Assembly (NCBI GenBank): GCA_965204345.1 | Contig: OZ241981.1 | Coordinates: 1,974,536-2,038,535 of the forward strand | Source: Nitrosopumilus sp. | GTDB lineage: Archaea; Thermoproteota; Nitrososphaeria; Nitrososphaerales; Nitrosopumilaceae | Reading direction: 5' to 3' | Length of the DNA: 64,000 bases | Shown: piece after piece, positions 59,628-64,000 of the stretch | Numbering within the stretch: position 1 is the first letter of the stretch | Layout of the letters: every line of letters starts with the position of its first letter | Position numbers and translations under genes: made by a program | Notes under the pieces: model-generated | Told to the model about the DNA's origin: nothing | What the model saw: the letters and a program-made list of their open reading frames with translations, nothing else | Database searches by the model: none

Positions 59628-60176
59628 CTAGGATTGCACAAGACGTTGATATCGTTTTTCATGCTGCCGCCTTATTGGAGGAATTGACTTTACAGCCAAA
59701 TATACTATGCCTGTTTTTACAATTGAATGTATGTCTTTTGACAATGATCTTATGCCTGCCTTGACTACCTCCTCAAACGGCAGAATGTCTAATGCATACT
59801 TTATCTGATACAGATAATCTGAAATTAGCCTCTCATTTGGATTTCTTAAGATCATAATTATCTTGGCATTGGGATTCTTTGCATGTATAGCTCCCGGGGA
59901 ATCGGGGTCCATAAAGTACGTTACGCTGCCTTCCCCTATTATCTGATCCTCTCTTGCGTGCGCAAATAATGACAGGTATTCTTTTTCGGTTTTTATTGGA
60001 CTTACAATCAGATTCGTCTGCCGTTTAATGTTTGGCGAAAAATAATGCGACTCTTTGCGCTTTGGCATAAATATTTTGGGATTCTGTTTCAAATACTTGT
60101 ACAGTGATGTAGTTCCTGACCTTGGAGCTCCGACAATAAAGAAATCTGGAAACCGCATGTCCAAAAATATTTTCAA
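59628..60176 (-). CDS. PAPS-dependent sulfotransferase, probably C-terminally truncated
   Basis: PDFFIVGAPRSGTTSL (5'PSB), KESHYF, ILRNPNERLIS (3'PB); only 182 aa. Confidence 0.8.
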   Translation of the reverse strand: MKIFLDMRFPDFFIVGAPRSGTTSLYKYLKQNPKIFMPKRKESHYFSPNIKRQTNLIVSPIKTEKEYLSLFAHAREDQIIGEGSVTYFMDPDSPGAIHAKNPNAKIIMILRNPNERLISDYLYQIKYALDILPFEEVVKAGIRSLSKDIHSIVKTGIVYLAVKSIPPIRRQHEKRYQRLVQS

Positions 60177-60288
60177 AAGTTAATATCTCTTTCCTGATTT
60201 TTTATAAAAAAGGCATTCTCCTCATTGTGTCTGAAGCCCAAACAGAATGATGTTTATGGTGTTATTTTGATTGCACGAATTTTTTTTG

Positions 60289-60307
60289 TATGTATGTATG
60301 TATGTAT
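60289..60307. repeat. (TATG)n microsatellite
   Basis: TATGTATGTATGTATGTAT between the GT4 and sulfotransferase genes. Confidence 0.8.
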
Positions 60308-60375
60308 TTAAATCATCATCCAATGCTGTACAATCCAAAATCATTCTAGGACATGCAGTATCTAAACACTCACTA

Positions 60376-61611
60376 TTATTTCTCTCTCTCCATACAGCTG
60401 TTTATCACCTTCATCAATCGCTTGCCAATCATCTCTATTGTTAGGTTCTCTAGAACGTACCTTCTTCCGTTTTGACCCAATTCCTCTGCAAGCTTCTCGT
60501 CTTTTACCAATTTCAAAATCAAATCCGAAACAGTCTTGGGATCCCTTGATGATGTTACAATGCCGCTTTTTGTCCTGTTTACATAGCGTTTTGATTCCCC
60601 CTTTGAGATACAAAAGATTGGCCTTCCAATCATTTGATAGTCCAATGTCTTTGTAATCAATTCATAGTCAAATCCCCTGACCGGACTTAGGGGCAATAAA
60701 AAAATATCCGCGCTGTTTAGTATCTCGTTATACTTTTCAAATTCGACAAATTTTGTATCTATTTTGACATTTGTAATTTTCTGCTGCTGAACCTGCTGTT
60801 TTAGATAATCCTCCCTGTCTCCCTCGCCCCTGATTATGAACTGTATCGGATACTGCTCTAAAATCTTGGCAGCCTGCAGTATTGTATCAAAATCATATCC
60901 GATACTTAGTGCGCCGGCATACATTAGAATTTTTTTCCTTCCACTTGGTCCGTCTTGGTGTTGCTCATCCCTTTTGTTTTCATTAGTCCTGAATTTTTCC
61001 GTATCTACGCCATGCTCAATAACTGTAATTTTTTCTCTTTTGATCTTATATTTTGACTCCAATACGTCTACAGAACCTTCACTTAGTGGCACCACTGCAC
61101 ACGAATTGTCATATGATTTTTGGGCAATATGGTCTAAAATCTTTCTGAAGATCCTCGACTTGACATATCCCAAGTCATACCATACTTCTGGCCACATGTC
61201 ATCGACATTACGAATATATTTTTTTTTCAGAAAAAAACTGTACACTGCAGCAGGAAATGAAACAAAAAAGCTCGGGTTTGATGCAAAAATTATGTCAGTA
61301 TCGCGAAATTTCTGCATTACCAACAGTGATGAGAGACAAAATGAAAGATGAATTATTACGCGTTTTAAAATGGACGAAAAAGCTAACTTGGGAACCCATG
61401 TTCTGTATATTGTCATGCCGTCAATCTGTTCTTTTGCAACTAGCTTGCCCCTGTATTTTTTTGGAATGTCCCCCTTTGGATAGTGTGGAAACGCAGATAC
61501 GACAGTTACGTTGTTGCCTTGGTTCTTTAATGCCTTAGCTGCATTGTGTGCTCTAGTCGATCCGCCGCCTATGTCTGGCCAGAACAGCTGTGCTATGATT
61601 AAAACATTCAT
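60376..61611 (-). CDS. Glycosyltransferase family 4 (WbuB-like)
   Basis: FWPDIGG, FPHYP, DMWPE, HGVD, YAGAL, GEG, ADIFLLP, ELGQNGRRYV. Confidence 0.92.
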   Translation of the reverse strand: MNVLIIAQLFWPDIGGGSTRAHNAAKALKNQGNNVTVVSAFPHYPKGDIPKKYRGKLVAKEQIDGMTIYRTWVPKLAFSSILKRVIIHLSFCLSSLLVMQKFRDTDIIFASNPSFFVSFPAAVYSFFLKKKYIRNVDDMWPEVWYDLGYVKSRIFRKILDHIAQKSYDNSCAVVPLSEGSVDVLESKYKIKREKITVIEHGVDTEKFRTNENKRDEQHQDGPSGRKKILMYAGALSIGYDFDTILQAAKILEQYPIQFIIRGEGDREDYLKQQVQQQKITNVKIDTKFVEFEKYNEILNSADIFLLPLSPVRGFDYELITKTLDYQMIGRPIFCISKGESKRYVNRTKSGIVTSSRDPKTVSDLILKLVKDEKLAEELGQNGRRYVLENLTIEMIGKRLMKVINSCMEREK

Positions 61612-61647
61612 GCTTATGCGCTAAAAAAATCATTATATATACATTAT

Positions 61648-61702
61648 AAGTTGCAGACATACATTGCAACTTGCTTCTTCCTTAAATTTTCTTAAGGAAG
61701 AA
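61648..61702. promoter_or_regulatory. Two adjacent inverted repeats upstream of the GT4 promoter (operators or terminator hairpins)
   Basis: AAGTTGCA-N9-TGCAACTT (61648-61672) and TTCTTCCTTAA-N6-TTAAGGAAGAA (61675-61702); TATATA tract at about 61634-61641. Confidence 0.5.
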
Positions 61703-61834
61703 AAACAAAAAGTCAAAAGACAAAAATGATTTATGTGCATGATGCTCAACCTCTAACTAAAAAATTAACAATCCTATGTCATGTCATTTTAAATAAAGGC
61801 AGCTAGTTTGCACCGTCTATTGTTTACTTACTTC

Positions 61835-62869
61835 TTACTTGCTCTCCCCTTCTCCCTGACTATCCACACTATTACCACTACCACTACTGCGGCCACGACG
61901 ACCCTCATTACTAATCCACTCTATGGTCTTTTTTAATCCTGTCAGTATATCGACTCTTGGGTTATACTTTAGGACATTTTGCATTTTGGACAAATCTGGC
62001 TGAAAGTATGCCGTCTGACCGCTTTGCTTAACCTGGTATTTTATTTTGATGTTCAAAGAAGAAGAAGAAGAAGAAGAAGAAGAAGAAGAGCTGCCAATCA
62101 AATCTGAGATTATCCTTGCCATCTCGTCAATCTTAAAGTTGTCCGTTGAGCAGAGGTTAAATGTCTCCTTTGAGAATTTTCCCTCTACTGTCAGCTCAAT
62201 GGCATCAATCAGGTCATCAATGTAAATAAAATTCAATGTCTGACCGCCTCCAAAGATAATGATCTCTTCGTTGATCAAGGCACTGTTGATCATCTCGTAC
62301 AATCCCGAAACCCTTCCATGCGGCCCATATACGTTTGTGGGCCGCAATATTATGTAATCAAGGTCATACATGTCTGAAAAATATCTGATCATATTTTCTG
62401 CAATCATCTTTGTAATTCCCAGTATGTTGTTTGGACACAGTGTATCGTTTTCGCTGCTGCATGCACCTTTTTGGCTTTCCCCGTAAACCTCTCTTGATGA
62501 TATGAAAATCAACTTTGAGTTTGATCTTAAACAGCCTTGGATGACGTTATATGTTCCATAGACATTGGTGCCAAACGTATCTGTTGGATTATCATTGCAG
62601 TTTTTGAGCCCGGTCTGACCTGCTGCATTAACTACAATATCGGGTTTGTACTTCTCCAAAAGTCCGATGATGCGGCTGTCTTTCATGTCGATTATTTCTG
62701 TCTTGTTGCCCTTCTCATCCTCCCTGTCTTTGCCTTTATCATCACCGTCTTTATCATGTCTGCCTCTTGAGTTTCGCGTAAAAACTATCACCTCATGTTT
62801 CTCTGAGAGTCTGCCAGCTAATTCTTTTCCAATAAAGCCGGTGCTGCCCCCAATTATCACAATCTTCAT
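61835..62869 (-). CDS. NAD-dependent epimerase/dehydratase family protein with low-complexity insertions
   Basis: GGSTGFIG, SSREVYG, RPTNVYGP, FIYIDDL; LGITK at the YxxxK position. Confidence 0.85.
   Translation of the reverse strand: MKIVIIGGSTGFIGKELAGRLSEKHEVIVFTRNSRGRHDKDGDDKGKDREDEKGNKTEIIDMKDSRIIGLLEKYKPDIVVNAAGQTGLKNCNDNPTDTFGTNVYGTYNVIQGCLRSNSKLIFISSREVYGESQKGACSSENDTLCPNNILGITKMIAENMIRYFSDMYDLDYIILRPTNVYGPHGRVSGLYEMINSALINEEIIIFGGGQTLNFIYIDDLIDAIELTVEGKFSKETFNLCSTDNFKIDEMARIISDLIGSSSSSSSSSSSSLNIKIKYQVKQSGQTAYFQPDLSKMQNVLKYNPRVDILTGLKKTIEWISNEGRRGRSSGSGNSVDSQGEGESK
62057..62089. repeat. (AGA)11 trinucleotide repeat encoding poly-Ser
   Basis: Eleven TCT codons on the minus strand within the epimerase ORF. 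Confidence 0.9.
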
Positions 62870-62963
62870 TATACTTTCACGATCATTGAATAATGCAAAC
62901 TCTCATAATAAAACTTTGAAGACACGTTAACTTTTTATATTGACATAGGAGGGTGAAGGTTAC

Positions 62964-63944
62964 TTGGATTCTGAGGAGTTTAAAGACCTTAATGTTTTAG
63001 TTACGGGAGCCGACGGCTTCATTCCAGGCCATGTCTGTGAAAGACTAGTTGAGTTAGGTGCAAATGTCACGGGACTGGTCCGAAGAAACTCAAGCAACGT
63101 ACTAAAGTCAATTCCTCACCTTATTGATAAAATTAATTTTAGATGGGGCGATATCACTGATTTGTCGTTACTGGCACGAGAGACCAAAGGGATTGACATC
63201 ATATATCACTTGGGTGCCCAGAGCCACGTCCAGTATTCACTGCATAATCCGCTTGAGACATACCAGACCAATGTCATGGGAACAATCAACGTCTTAGAAG
63301 CAGCCAGGCTAAATGATGTAAGGCGCGTGGTTCATGCGGGAAGTTCAGAAGTGTATGGCAAGCCTGAAACGGTTCCAATCACAGAGAACCATCCACTGGC
63401 CCCTCGCAGTCCGTATGCAGCAGGCAAGGTAGCCTCAGACAGGCTCTTGTTCTCTTACTATTGCACGTATGGAATGTCAGTTGTCACATCGAGGTTCTTT
63501 GGATATTACGGTCCAAGACAGAGCATAGAAAAGGCTATTCCAAAATTCATTTTAAACATTCACAACGGCATTCCTCCTACGGTTTACGGTGACGGCAGTC
63601 AGAGTCGTGACCTGATGTTTGTAACTGATGCTGCTGATGCCTATACGAGGCTGGGTCTGGCCGACAACGTTGATGGCAAGGTGCTCAACGTGGGAACCGG
63701 CGTGGAATCTACAATAAAGGATCTTGCCTTGTTGATTTTGAAATTGATGGATTCTAAGCTAGAGCCGGTCTTTACAAAGAACCTTCATCCTGGCGAGGCA
63801 GGCAGGCTTATCTCTGATCCTGCACCTGTAATGGAACTCTTGAACTGGAAGCCAAGCATAAGCCTGGAGGAAGGACTCAAGAGAACCATCGATTACTATC
63901 TGCAACACACACATCTATTCAAACACCTCAATGTCGTAGTATGA
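62964..63944 (+). CDS. Nucleotide-sugar 4,6-dehydratase/epimerase (extended SDR)
   Basis: TGADGFI, HLGAQSHV, SSEVYG, PRSPYAAGK (YxxxK), GDGSQSRD. Confidence 0.92.
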   Translation: MDSEEFKDLNVLVTGADGFIPGHVCERLVELGANVTGLVRRNSSNVLKSIPHLIDKINFRWGDITDLSLLARETKGIDIIYHLGAQSHVQYSLHNPLETYQTNVMGTINVLEAARLNDVRRVVHAGSSEVYGKPETVPITENHPLAPRSPYAAGKVASDRLLFSYYCTYGMSVVTSRFFGYYGPRQSIEKAIPKFILNIHNGIPPTVYGDGSQSRDLMFVTDAADAYTRLGLADNVDGKVLNVGTGVESTIKDLALLILKLMDSKLEPVFTKNLHPGEAGRLISDPAPVMELLNWKPSISLEEGLKRTIDYYLQHTHLFKHLNVVV

Positions 63945-64000
63945 CATGACATGACATGCATGCCCATTGATATTGTTACATGACGTTTTGATGATAATAT

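Overview
The window comes from an ammonia-oxidising archaeon (Nitrosopumilus-like Thaumarchaeota/Nitrososphaerota), inferred from gene content: Ser-type thaumarchaeosortase, DnaJ-ferredoxin, FBP aldolase/phosphatase, EF-1alpha-S10-RpoP and many C2H2 fingers. Positions 1 to ~30.9 kb are mostly core chromosome. From 31004 to ~59590 lies a ~28.6-kb head-to-head array of a 3609-bp two-gene unit: 3 copies on the left arm and 5 in the opposite orientation on the right arm. Each unit encodes an 872-aa polytopic membrane protein (putative carbohydrate-binding domain plus GT-C-like glycosyltransferase) and a nearly invariant 250-aa membrane-anchored surface protein. The eight large genes are near-identical but differ mostly by clustered non-synonymous changes in predicted outside-facing segments, in mosaic patterns that suggest gene conversion. 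A 318-bp transposase-free element with 32-bp IS6-like terminal inverted repeats sits in the short spacer between the arms. The array abuts a surface-glycan cluster (truncated sulfotransferase, GT4, two nucleotide-sugar enzymes). The best candidate for an undescribed system is a palindromic amplify-and-diversify locus for cell-surface glycosylation. A second novelty is a pair of unannotated micropeptide paralogues sharing Y[VI]PIRPSRRD plus an acidic tail. All alignments were done by eye and no database searches were run.
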